Positions 46,637 through 54,301 of a stretch of 64,000 nucleotides of DNA are shown here, piece by piece; the stretch's first letter is position 1; the number at the start of each line of letters is the position of its first letter. Location of the stretch: positions 507 through 64,506 of the forward strand of contig DASYVL010000055.1 in NCBI GenBank assembly GCA_035937135.1, written 5' to 3'. A program made the translations under genes and the position numbers. Under the pieces are notes generated by a model. That model saw nothing but the letters and a program-made list of their open reading frames with translations. It searched no databases and had not been told where the DNA came from. The DNA is from Terriglobales bacterium (GTDB taxonomy: Bacteria; Acidobacteriota; Terriglobia; Terriglobales; Acidobacteriaceae).

Positions 46637-47890
46637 TCAGGCGGAATAGACGCGGCCGTGATTGACCTTGTGGCTGAGCGCCGCGGCCATCTGGTCAATG
46701 TCGGCCGGGGCGATGGTGCAGAGGCCCGCGTCCTCGAGGAAGTTGGGCTTGCCGCGGCCGACGGCGTCCCGCCGCATCTGCACCAGCATGGCCTGGACCA
46801 CGTTGGGGTCGTACAGTTTGGGGCTCAGCTTGACGATCTCATTCAGCGTCGCGCCCAGCGACATGGACTGCCGGTAAGAACGCTCGCTGGTCATGGCGTC
46901 GAAGGTATCCGCCAGGGCCACGATGCGGACCGGCTCGGAAACTTCGTCATGGGAGAGGTGGTCGGGATAGCCGGAGCCGTCGGAGCGCTCGTGGTGCCAG
47001 CGCACCACCTCGGCGATGCCCTTCCACGGGAACTGCACTCCGGAGACGATCTGGTGTCCGATGATGGTGTGGTCGGCCATCTCCCGGAACTCCTCCGGGC
47101 GCAGGGCCGCGGGCTTGTTGAAGAGGGCCTTGTCCACGATGACCTTGCCGATGTCGTGCAGGTAGCCGGCGGCGCGCAAGCCCGAGACCTGGGTCTCATC
47201 CAGGCCGAGGCCGGCGCCGATGGCCGCGGCGTAGCGTCCGACGCGTAGCGAGTGTCCGCGGGTGTGAGTGTCCTTCACGTCAATGGCGGTGGCGAAGGCT
47301 TCCAGCGTCTGGTCGTAGAAGTTGTGCAGCGAAGCCAGAAGCCGCAGGTTCTCAGAAACCCGCTGCTGCAAGGAATACGAAAGCGTGTGATTGTGCACCG
47401 CCAGGGCCACGTAGTGGGAGAGCAGGTGCAGGGCCTCGAACTCCTCTTCGGCGTAGAGCGCATCGCCCTCGCGGCGGCCGAGCGTGATCGCTCCCACCAG
47501 GCGTGAACCCACCTTGAGCGGGGCCACGCACTTGAAGAGCTCCGGCGCCACGTTGCCGTTCGAGCTGAACAGGGTCTCGCAGCTCTTGGCGTTCACCGCC
47601 TGCGGCATTCGTGCGCTGGAGAGGGTGTGCACGTGCTTGGGCAGAAGCGGGATCACCGCCGGCTCCGCGAACAGGGCGAAGCCGTGCGCCGCCACCGAGG
47701 AGAGCATGGCGGGCTTGTCGGTGAAGGTGAAGAGGGCAGCCTCCTGCGCGGCCACGGCCTCCATCAGCAGGGCGAGCATGGAGCGCGCCCGCTGCGGGAA
47801 GTCGCGGTCGGCGGTCATCTCCGGACCGAGATCGGCCAGCGCCTGGAAGGTTTGCAGCAGGCGCCGAATGTTGTTGGACCTCACGGCCAC
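46637..47890 (-). CDS. HD-GYP domain phosphodiesterase with an N-terminal GAF-like sensor
   Basis: HSLRVGRYA, YLHDIGK and RWHHERSDGSGYP are the HD and GYP signatures. The start is GTG. Confidence 0.85.
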   Translation of the reverse strand: MAVRSNNIRRLLQTFQALADLGPEMTADRDFPQRARSMLALLMEAVAAQEAALFTFTDKPAMLSSVAAHGFALFAEPAVIPLLPKHVHTLSSARMPQAVNAKSCETLFSSNGNVAPELFKCVAPLKVGSRLVGAITLGRREGDALYAEEEFEALHLLSHYVALAVHNHTLSYSLQQRVSENLRLLASLHNFYDQTLEAFATAIDVKDTHTRGHSLRVGRYAAAIGAGLGLDETQVSGLRAAGYLHDIGKVIVDKALFNKPAALRPEEFREMADHTIIGHQIVSGVQFPWKGIAEVVRWHHERSDGSGYPDHLSHDEVSEPVRIVALADTFDAMTSERSYRQSMSLGATLNEIVKLSPKLYDPNVVQAMLVQMRRDAVGRGKPNFLEDAGLCTIAPADIDQMAAALSHKVNHGRVYSA

Positions 47891-48042
47891 ACGGGTGGCG
47901 CGAGAGAAACGCAGAGCACTGCAAGAGTAACATCCGCGGCCGCGCCTTCCGGCGCACCGGCCCCATCCTGGTTAACACTAACCTTGATGCATTACTGAAG
48001 TGCGCGGGCGCGGTTACCGCTGGAATGGGCGCCGTGGGCGGG

Positions 48043-48804
48043 TCAGAAGTGCTCGCGCAGCTCGGTGAAGCGCTCCAGAACCAGCAGGTGCGGCGGCTGG
48101 GCCTGGGGAGGGCACAGGTGCTCGTGCTCCAGCACCCAGGTCATGTCGTGGGGGACGAAGACGGCGTTCAGCCCGGCGGCCAGCGCCGGGTTGACGTCCG
48201 ATTTCGGGCTGTTGCCGATCATCCAAGTGGAGAGGGGCGCAAGCTTGTGGCGCGCCAGCGTGTCGCGGTAGGCGTCCGCGTCCTTCTCCGGGACGATCTC
48301 CATGGCGGAGAAGTGGTGGCGCAGGCCGGAGCGATCGAGCTTCGCCGATTGCTCCCCCGGGTCGCCCTTGGACATCAGGATCAGCGAGTGGCGCGCGGCC
48401 AGATAGGAGAGCGTTTCCGGGACGCCGGGCAGGAGCTCCATGGGATGCTGGTTCACCGAGCGCGCCAGCGCCCGCACCTCCGCTTCGCGCGCGGGCCCGG
48501 GGAGCGAACCGCTCAGCTGCTCCCAGGTCCGCACCAGCGCGTGCTCGAAGGCTGCCAGGCCGTAGCCGTGGCTGAGGACGATCTCGCGCTCCACGTCGTC
48601 CAGGGTCTGGCGGAGAGCTTCGGGGGCGTGTCCGGAAAAGTCCTCAAAGAAGCGGGCAATCACCCGCTCGAAGTAGATGTTGTTCTCCCACAGCGTGTCG
48701 TCGGCGTCGATGAGCAGCGTGAAGGCTCCGTTATGGGTGGGCGAGGGCATCGGGCGTACGCATGTCATCATAGCGTTCCCGAATGCGGAAACCCAAGCCC
48801 GCAT
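48043..48804 (-). CDS. HAD-superfamily hydrolase
   Basis: LLIDADDTLWE (motif I), LILMSKGD and MIGNSPKSDVNPALAAG (motif III/IV) are present. The true start is probably one of the internal Met codons (48771 or 48750). Confidence 0.7.
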   Translation of the reverse strand: MRAWVSAFGNAMMTCVRPMPSPTHNGAFTLLIDADDTLWENNIYFERVIARFFEDFSGHAPEALRQTLDDVEREIVLSHGYGLAAFEHALVRTWEQLSGSLPGPAREAEVRALARSVNQHPMELLPGVPETLSYLAARHSLILMSKGDPGEQSAKLDRSGLRHHFSAMEIVPEKDADAYRDTLARHKLAPLSTWMIGNSPKSDVNPALAAGLNAVFVPHDMTWVLEHEHLCPPQAQPPHLLVLERFTELREHF

Positions 48805-48857
48805 TCTCCCTGGACTTGCGCCGCTGGCCGCTGCGAGGCTCTGGTAGAATCCGCGGC

Positions 48858-49229
48858 ATGACTGGGAAGAAAAGCGAGGCGGGCAAGGCCGAGGACTTCC
48901 GCGAGCGGCGGCGCCACCAGCGCGTGAACGTGGCCCCCGGATCCAAGGTGTACGTCACCGACGCCAAGGGCGCGCGCCTGGGCAAGCTGCGCATGATCGC
49001 GCGCGGCGGGTTGTTGATGGTTTCCTCGCAGAAGTTCCCCAAGGGCAAAGAACTCTCTTTGCACATCGTGGATGACGCTGAGGGGATTCACTGCGCGGTG
49101 CGTGCCCAGGTGCGCTATTCCGGCTCCGAGGGCGCCGGCTTCCAGTTCGTGGATCTTGACCCCGGGGCCGCGGTCGAGGTCGAAATCCTCATCGGGAAGT
49201 ATTACGCGAAGGACACCGGCCTCGCCTAG
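48858..49229 (+). CDS. PilZ-like single-domain protein, paralogue 1 (degenerate second motif)
   Basis: ORF 48783..49229, with the start moved to ATG 48858. RERRRHQR gives RxxxR, but MIARGG replaces the D/NxSxxG motif. Confidence 0.6.
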   Translation: MTGKKSEAGKAEDFRERRRHQRVNVAPGSKVYVTDAKGARLGKLRMIARGGLLMVSSQKFPKGKELSLHIVDDAEGIHCAVRAQVRYSGSEGAGFQFVDLDPGAAVEVEILIGKYYAKDTGLA

Positions 49230-49240
49230 AGAGGTGCACC

Positions 49241-49567
49241 ATGGATAAGGACCGGCGCAAGTACGAGCGAGTGATGATCCCCGAGTCCGCCGGCATCTAC
49301 GCTACCGATGACCAGGGCAAGCGCATCGGCGCGGTGCGCGACCTGGGCCTGGGCGGCATGCTGGTGGACACCACGGTGGGCTGCCACGAGGGCGATATGC
49401 TCAGCCTGGTCCTGGTAGATGAGAGCGAAGGCATCCACCGCCCTGTGAAGACGATCTCCTGCTACAAAGCCCCTGGCGGTGTGGGATTCCATTTCCATAC
49501 GCTCGAGCCACAGGCCGCGATCGAGGTCGGCGTCATCATCGGCAAGCACCAATCCGCCAAGCCGTAG
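49241..49567 (+). CDS. PilZ-like single-domain protein, paralogue 2
   Basis: DRRKYERV gives RxxxR, and VRDLGLGGMLV gives DxGxxG in place of DxSxxG. It is collinear with the upstream paralogue, for example in EGIH..V and GFxFxxL.P.AAxEVxxxIGK. Confidence 0.65.
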   Translation: MDKDRRKYERVMIPESAGIYATDDQGKRIGAVRDLGLGGMLVDTTVGCHEGDMLSLVLVDESEGIHRPVKTISCYKAPGGVGFHFHTLEPQAAIEVGVIIGKHQSAKP

Positions 49568-49591
49568 CGCCGGCGTCCCGCCGGCAACGAT
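49565..49591. repeat. 26-nt REP-like element TAGCGCCGGCGTCCCGCCGGCAACGA containing hairpin GCCGGCG-TCC-CGCCGGC
   Basis: The 7-bp stem spans 49569-49585 between convergent genes. A 24/26 identical copy lies at 55951-55976. Confidence 0.6.
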
Positions 49592-49595
49592 ACAG

Positions 49596-50504
49596 CTAGC
49601 CGACGAACTCCACCTTGGCCGGGTATGGGATGATTCCGGCGCGGAAGCCCATGTCCAGTAGGCGCCGCACCGCCTCGCGACCCTCCTCGCCGTAATCCAG
49701 CGTGCGCTCGTTGACGTACATGCTCACGAACTTGTTGGCCAGTTGCGGGTCGAGGTCGCGGGCGAACTGCATGGCGTAGTCCAGCGCTTCCTCGCGGTGG
49801 TCGAGGGCGTACTGGATGCTGGCTTTCAGCGCGGTTGAGACCTGCGCCACGGTCTCCGCCCCCAGATCGCGCCGGATGGCGTTGCCGCCCAGCGGCAGCG
49901 GCAGGCCGGTGGTGTCCCGCCACCACTTGCCCAGGTCCACCAGCTTGTGCAGCCCGAACTTGTCGAAGTTCACCTGGCCCTCGTGGATGATGAGCCCAGC
50001 CTCGAATTTTCCCTCCAGCACCTGCGGGATGATCTGGTCGAAAGGGACGACCTCGGTCTCGCTGTGGGGCGCGAAGAGCTGCAGCACCAGATACGCGGTG
50101 GTCAGCTTGCCCGGGATCGCGATCTTCTTGTCCCGAACTTCCTCCATGGTGTGCACGCGCGCTCCCACGATCATGGGACCGTAGCCGTCGCCCACGCTGC
50201 CGCCGCTCGAGAGCAGCGCGTACTTTTCCTGCAGGTAGGGGTAGGCGTGGAAGCTGATGGCGGTTACGTCGTACATGCCCTTGCGGGCCTGCTGGTTCAG
50301 GGTCTCGATGTCGCACAGCGTGTGTTTGAAGGTCAGGCCGGGGAAGCGCAGCTTGTTGGTGGCCAGAGCGTAGAACATGAATGCATCGTCGGCGTCCGGG
50401 CTGTGGGCCACGGAGATCTCCTGCGCGCCGGCAGCGCCCGCGGGGGGCGCTGCGAGCTCTTCGTGGCGAGCGCTCTTCTTGGGCCGTTTGGTAGGGGGAG
50501 ACAT
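49596..50504 (-). CDS. mqnD: MqnA/MqnD-fold menaquinone biosynthesis protein, most like 1,4-dihydroxy-6-naphthoate synthase
   Basis: ISVAHSPDADDAFMFYAL...DIETLN...DVTAISFHAYP...GPMIV matches the periplasmic-binding-protein-like MqnD pattern. The assignment within the family is tentative. Confidence 0.6.
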   Translation of the reverse strand: MSPPTKRPKKSARHEELAAPPAGAAGAQEISVAHSPDADDAFMFYALATNKLRFPGLTFKHTLCDIETLNQQARKGMYDVTAISFHAYPYLQEKYALLSSGGSVGDGYGPMIVGARVHTMEEVRDKKIAIPGKLTTAYLVLQLFAPHSETEVVPFDQIIPQVLEGKFEAGLIIHEGQVNFDKFGLHKLVDLGKWWRDTTGLPLPLGGNAIRRDLGAETVAQVSTALKASIQYALDHREEALDYAMQFARDLDPQLANKFVSMYVNERTLDYGEEGREAVRRLLDMGFRAGIIPYPAKVEFVG

Positions 50505-50513
50505 GGGCGGAAT

Positions 50514-50954
50514 CTAGTGCACCGTCTCGCTGGGAGGCACATAGCCGGGCAGGGCCAGGGGCGAAGCGTGATGCAGCACCATCCTCCACTCGCCCTCGCG
50601 CCGAAGAAAAAGATTGGTGGCCTGCACCAGCACCGTCTCGCTGCGATCGGTGCGCTTTGCGGTCACGCGCTCGGTGCACGTCACCCAGCCCACGCTGCCT
50701 TCGATGTGCAGCGAAAGGTCGCGGGTGCTCACCAGCATGGATTCGGTGTTGCGGAAGATCTCCTCCCAGCTCTCGCGCACCGACTCCCACCCCGCCAGCA
50801 TCGGCCATCCGGGATGCACGCAGCGCACCAGGTCGTGGTGCAGCCACACGCTCTCCATGGCTTCCACGTCCAGCGACTCCAGGGCTTGGTAGAACTTCTG
50901 GTTGATCTCGCGGACTTCGGCTTCCGCGGTGGCGGTCTGGGCCTCTGGGCTCAT
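50514..50954 (-). CDS. SnoaL-like / NTF2-fold protein (DUF4440-like)
   Basis: INQKFYQALESLDVEAMESVWLH...RCVHPGW...ATNLFLRREGEWRMVLHHAS is a typical NTF2-like pattern. Confidence 0.7.
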   Translation of the reverse strand: MSPEAQTATAEAEVREINQKFYQALESLDVEAMESVWLHHDLVRCVHPGWPMLAGWESVRESWEEIFRNTESMLVSTRDLSLHIEGSVGWVTCTERVTAKRTDRSETVLVQATNLFLRREGEWRMVLHHASPLALPGYVPPSETVH

Positions 50955-51547
50955 GCCCGGGCCTGGCGCGCAAATGGCCGCCGGCTCGCGATGCCCGCCG
51001 CCAGCAGCACCTTCATCACTTCCGCGAAGAAGAAAGGATAGAGGCCAAACTGCGCTGCCCGGACGAGCGGAACGTGGAAGAAGACCATCAGCCAGTTTAC
51101 GCCGGCGATGAACAGAAAAATCTCAGCGGCCGTGGCTGCCAAGGCGCTGCGGGCGAAGCTTGAGCGGTCGCGCTCGGCGATCCAGCCCGCGAGATACGCC
51201 ACCACCGGATACGCCATCAGGTACCCGCCGGTCGGGCCAAGCAATTGCGCGATTCCCCCCAGCCCCACTGGAGTGAACACCGGCAATCCGGTGGCGCCTT
51301 CGGCGAGGTAGAGCACCAGCGCGGCAAAACCGGCGCGGCGCCCCAGCAGCAATCCCACCAGCAGCACGGCAAAGTTCTGCAGCGTGAGCGGGACGGGCGT
51401 GAAGGGCAGCGGCAGCGAGATCCGCGCCGCCAGCGCCACCAGCAGGCTGCCGGAGATCACCAGCATGACCTGATAGGGCAGCGCCAAGCTGGGCGCCTGG
51501 ACCCTGACGACTGCCGCGACGGATTCTGATCGGTTCGTCATCCTCAT
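50951..51547 (-). CDS. bioY: Biotin transporter BioY
   Basis: PVPLTLQNFAVLLVGLLLG and GPTGGYLMAYP are BioY signatures. Five or six TM segments are present. Confidence 0.8.
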   Translation of the reverse strand: MRMTNRSESVAAVVRVQAPSLALPYQVMLVISGSLLVALAARISLPLPFTPVPLTLQNFAVLLVGLLLGRRAGFAALVLYLAEGATGLPVFTPVGLGGIAQLLGPTGGYLMAYPVVAYLAGWIAERDRSSFARSALAATAAEIFLFIAGVNWLMVFFHVPLVRAAQFGLYPFFFAEVMKVLLAAGIASRRPFARQARA

Positions 51548-51711
51548 TGGCCGATGGTGGTAGGGCGGTGCTCCTCTTCCACTTCCTTCAGGGCCTGGCG
51601 CAGGGCGGTGTCAGAGGCGCGCAAATGCCGTCGCACCCGCAGATACAGCACTCCCGCCGTGCCCAGAACCGCCAGCACCGACAGTAACAGAATCAGGTAC
51701 AGAGTGACCAT
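51544..51711 (-). CDS. Small single-pass membrane protein
   Basis: MVTLYLILLLSVLAVLGTAGVLYLRVRRHLR... overlaps the bioY start by 4 nt. Track ORF 51544..51798 is shortened to ATG 51711. It is supported only by context. Confidence 0.4.
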   Translation of the reverse strand: MVTLYLILLLSVLAVLGTAGVLYLRVRRHLRASDTALRQALKEVEEEHRPTTIGQ

Positions 51712-51822
51712 AAACGTAGCCGATAGGATACCAAAACGGGACAGTCGGGGTGCTAGAACAGCAGGTTCCTCGCGGCTGAAAGCCGCTCGGAGTGACAACT
51801 CGGGGGTTCCGGAAGCGGAGTG

Positions 51823-53166
51823 CTAGCGCCCTGCGGCCATCTCCTTTTCGACGTCCGCGGCGGTGTGGGGGAGCTTCTCCGTCAGGTTGATGAGTTTGCC
51901 GCCCGCGTCCACATAGAAGATGTCCTCGATGCGCACGCCCAGCTTCTCCTCGGGGATGTAGATGCCGGGCTCGATGGTGAAGACCGCGCCCAGGCCGAGC
52001 GGAGCGCGGCCGTCGCCGACGTCGTGCACGTTCAGCCCCACGTAGTGGCTGAGGCCGTGGATGAAGTAACGGCCCAGCGGCCGGCCGGCGCGGTCCTTGC
52101 CGTGGGTGTCGATGTAGTCGTAGGCGACCTTGTAGAGGGAATCGGGCGACGAGCGGCCGATGGTGGATTTGCCCGCCTGGAACGCGGCGATGGCCGCCTG
52201 CTGCGCTCCCAGCACGATGTCGTAGATCTCGCGCTGCCGGGCGGCGAACTTGCCGTTGGCGGGAAGCGTGCGCGTGATGTCAGAGGCGTACATGGAGTAC
52301 TCGCCGGCTACGTCCATCACCACCACGTCGCCGTTCTCGATGGGGCCGGAGTCCTCGGAGTAGTGCAGCACGGTCGAGTTCAGCCCCGAGCCGACGATAG
52401 GGGCGTACGCTGCGCGCTCGCAGCCGCGCCGCAGGAACTCGTATTGCATGACCGCTGAGATCTCGCGCTCCGTCATCCCCGGCTTCATAGTGTGCATGGC
52501 CGCGAGATGCGCGGCGATAGAGGCATCTGTGGCTTTGCGAATGCGCTCCAGCTCGCCCGCATCTTTTTTCACGCGCAACTCGGCCAGCTGCGGCTTCACG
52601 TCCAGGAAAGAGACGTAGTTGGGGAAAGCATTGCTGCGGCGCAGCCAGTCGAGCGGGCCGGGCGCGGGCGAAGTCTCCCCATACGCCGGCAGGTCGGAAT
52701 AGACCGTCGCGCGCGGCTTGGACACCAGGCGCTCCAGCTCGTCGCGCATCTTGTCCAGCGGTTCCACCCGATCGAAGCCGGTGATGCGCGTCGCGTCCTC
52801 GTTTTCCGGGCCGAGCTTGGGGCCGGTCCAGCGCTCCTGCGTGTTGTTGCGCGAGGGGAGGAAGAGGATCTCGATGTAGGGATGCAGCGGCGCTACCGGG
52901 CTCACCGCTCCCGCGGGCGCGATCACGATGGCCGCGCCGGGCTCCTTCCAGCCCGTCAGATAGAAAAAGTTGTCGTCCTGGCGGAAGCCGTAGAGCGCGT
53001 TCGGGCCCTCGGCCTCGGTGGCGGCAAAGAGCACCACCACGCCGCCCTTGGTTTTTTCCGCCAGCGCCTGGCGGCGGGCGCGATAGTCGGCGTTGGGCTG
53101 GCGGTCGAGCGCCGCTGCCGGCAGGCTCAGGAGCAGGAAAGCAAAAAGAAGTTTGCGCACGGGCAT
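51823..53166 (-). CDS. pepP: Xaa-Pro aminopeptidase (M24B), secreted
   Basis: A signal peptide is present. The N-terminal domain shows FRQDDNFFYLTG. The metal ligands are VVMDVAGEYSMYASDITRT, HGLSHYVGLNVHD, FTIEPG and IEDI. Confidence 0.85.
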   Translation of the reverse strand: MPVRKLLFAFLLLSLPAAALDRQPNADYRARRQALAEKTKGGVVVLFAATEAEGPNALYGFRQDDNFFYLTGWKEPGAAIVIAPAGAVSPVAPLHPYIEILFLPSRNNTQERWTGPKLGPENEDATRITGFDRVEPLDKMRDELERLVSKPRATVYSDLPAYGETSPAPGPLDWLRRSNAFPNYVSFLDVKPQLAELRVKKDAGELERIRKATDASIAAHLAAMHTMKPGMTEREISAVMQYEFLRRGCERAAYAPIVGSGLNSTVLHYSEDSGPIENGDVVVMDVAGEYSMYASDITRTLPANGKFAARQREIYDIVLGAQQAAIAAFQAGKSTIGRSSPDSLYKVAYDYIDTHGKDRAGRPLGRYFIHGLSHYVGLNVHDVGDGRAPLGLGAVFTIEPGIYIPEEKLGVRIEDIFYVDAGGKLINLTEKLPHTAADVEKEMAAGR

Positions 53167-53215
53167 CCTCTGGGTCCTCTAAAAATCCTGCGAAGCCCGC
53201 GATTCTAGCACGCGC

Positions 53216-53668
53216 CTATTGCAGCGCTTTATCCAGGATGGCGGAGATCTTCGATTCCTCTACTTCGCTGGCCAGGCTGTAGCGGGTCTTGCCGTTCTTG
53301 TCCAGCACCACCACGTGGGGGATGAAGCCTTCGTAGTACTTCTCGACCAGCTTCTGCTGGTCCTTGGAGCGCTTCTTGTCCAGGTCGATGATGACGAACT
53401 GCACCCGGCCTTTGTACTTCTCGTACAAGCTGACGGAGCGGCGAGCCTGCCGCTTGGAGTTGAATCAACCCTCGCCCACCATGAGGATGTAGTTGGGCTT
53501 GCCGGCCACAGGGCCGTCCTCCATCTGGTCGCCGGTGATGAGCGGGCCGTCCTCGCTGTCGCTCGAGTAATCGAGCTTGGGATTGAGCTTCAGGTTCTCG
53601 GCGGCGTTACTTCTTGCCGCAAGCGCCAGGCTCGCGAGCGCCAGCGCCAGCATGAGATTTCTCTTCAC
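53216..53668 (-). CDS. Exported thioredoxin-like protein with in-frame TGA (53467-53465) at the first Cys of the CxxC position. This is a candidate selenoprotein (150 aa with U68).
   Basis: AAGGAGGAG lies 6 nt before GTG 53668. The signal peptide is MKRNLMLALALASLALAARSNA. ...KPNYILMVGEG is followed by TGA, and the same frame continues as FNSKRQARRSVSLYEKYKGRVQFVIIDLDKK... This joins track ORFs 53465..53668 and 53216..53428. The layout matches the thioredoxin pattern hydrophobic strand-W-C-x-x-C-K ... KV.FV.VDVD ... IP..V.LD..G. Confidence 0.6.
53437..53454 (-). promoter_or_regulatory. Candidate bacterial SECIS hairpin
   Basis: On the minus strand, UGA-UUCAACUCCA-AGCGGC-AGGCUC-GCCGCU is present. 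The 6-bp stem and 6-nt loop with GG start 10 nt after the UGA. Confidence 0.5.
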
Positions 53669-54287
53669 CGAACTCCTCCTTCAGCTTGAGATCGAATCCG
53701 TCCTGCTCGACCTGCGCCCGCTCCGTGCGATAGAGGCCGGCAGCCTGCTTCAGCGTCTCCGCGAAACCGGGCTTGTCGCCGGTCGCCTTCTCCGGGAAGT
53801 AGGTGCCTCCAAGATACAGCTTGCCGCAGGGCGTGAGGAAGCCGGTCAGCGGGATGCCGGCGGGAAAATTCTTCAGCGCGTGCGCCCGCTCCAGCTTCGC
53901 CGTCAGCCGGGGCCGCGCGTCGTAGTCGAGCTTGACCGCCACGAAGTTGGCGTTGATGTAGTCGGCGATCTCCGGTCGGGTATAGCTTTCGCGGTCCATG
54001 CGGTCGCAGGTCGGGCACCAGGTCGCGCCCACGTCCAGCAGGATGGGCCGGTCGAGTTGCCGAGCCCGGCGAAAGGCCTCCGCGCCCCACGGATACCAAT
54101 CCACCGGCTGACTCGCCGCCCGCTTCAGGTACGGCGAACTCTGCCCGCGCAGATGATTTCCCGGCTGCGACGACCCGGCAAACACCAGCGCCGACGCCAG
54201 CAACAGCCCTCCGAGAATCCCCAGCCGCCGGCCGCGCACACCACTCTCCCCGCCATGAGATGGACGAAGAAGGAAAAAGTTACGCAT
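53607..54287 (-). CDS. Thioredoxin-domain protein of the DUF255 (YyaL N-terminal / SPATA20-like) type
   Basis: SSPYLKRAASQPVDWYPWGAEAFRRARQLDRPILLDVGATWCPTCDRMDRESY...NANFVAVKLDYDARP matches the family. Its 3' end overlaps the next gene by about 60 nt. The start is uncertain. Confidence 0.75.
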   Translation of the reverse strand: MRNFFLLRPSHGGESGVRGRRLGILGGLLLASALVFAGSSQPGNHLRGQSSPYLKRAASQPVDWYPWGAEAFRRARQLDRPILLDVGATWCPTCDRMDRESYTRPEIADYINANFVAVKLDYDARPRLTAKLERAHALKNFPAGIPLTGFLTPCGKLYLGGTYFPEKATGDKPGFAETLKQAAGLYRTERAQVEQDGFDLKLKEEFGEEKSHAGAGAREPGACGKK

Positions 54288-54301
54288 GGGGCGCAGCGGC
54301 C

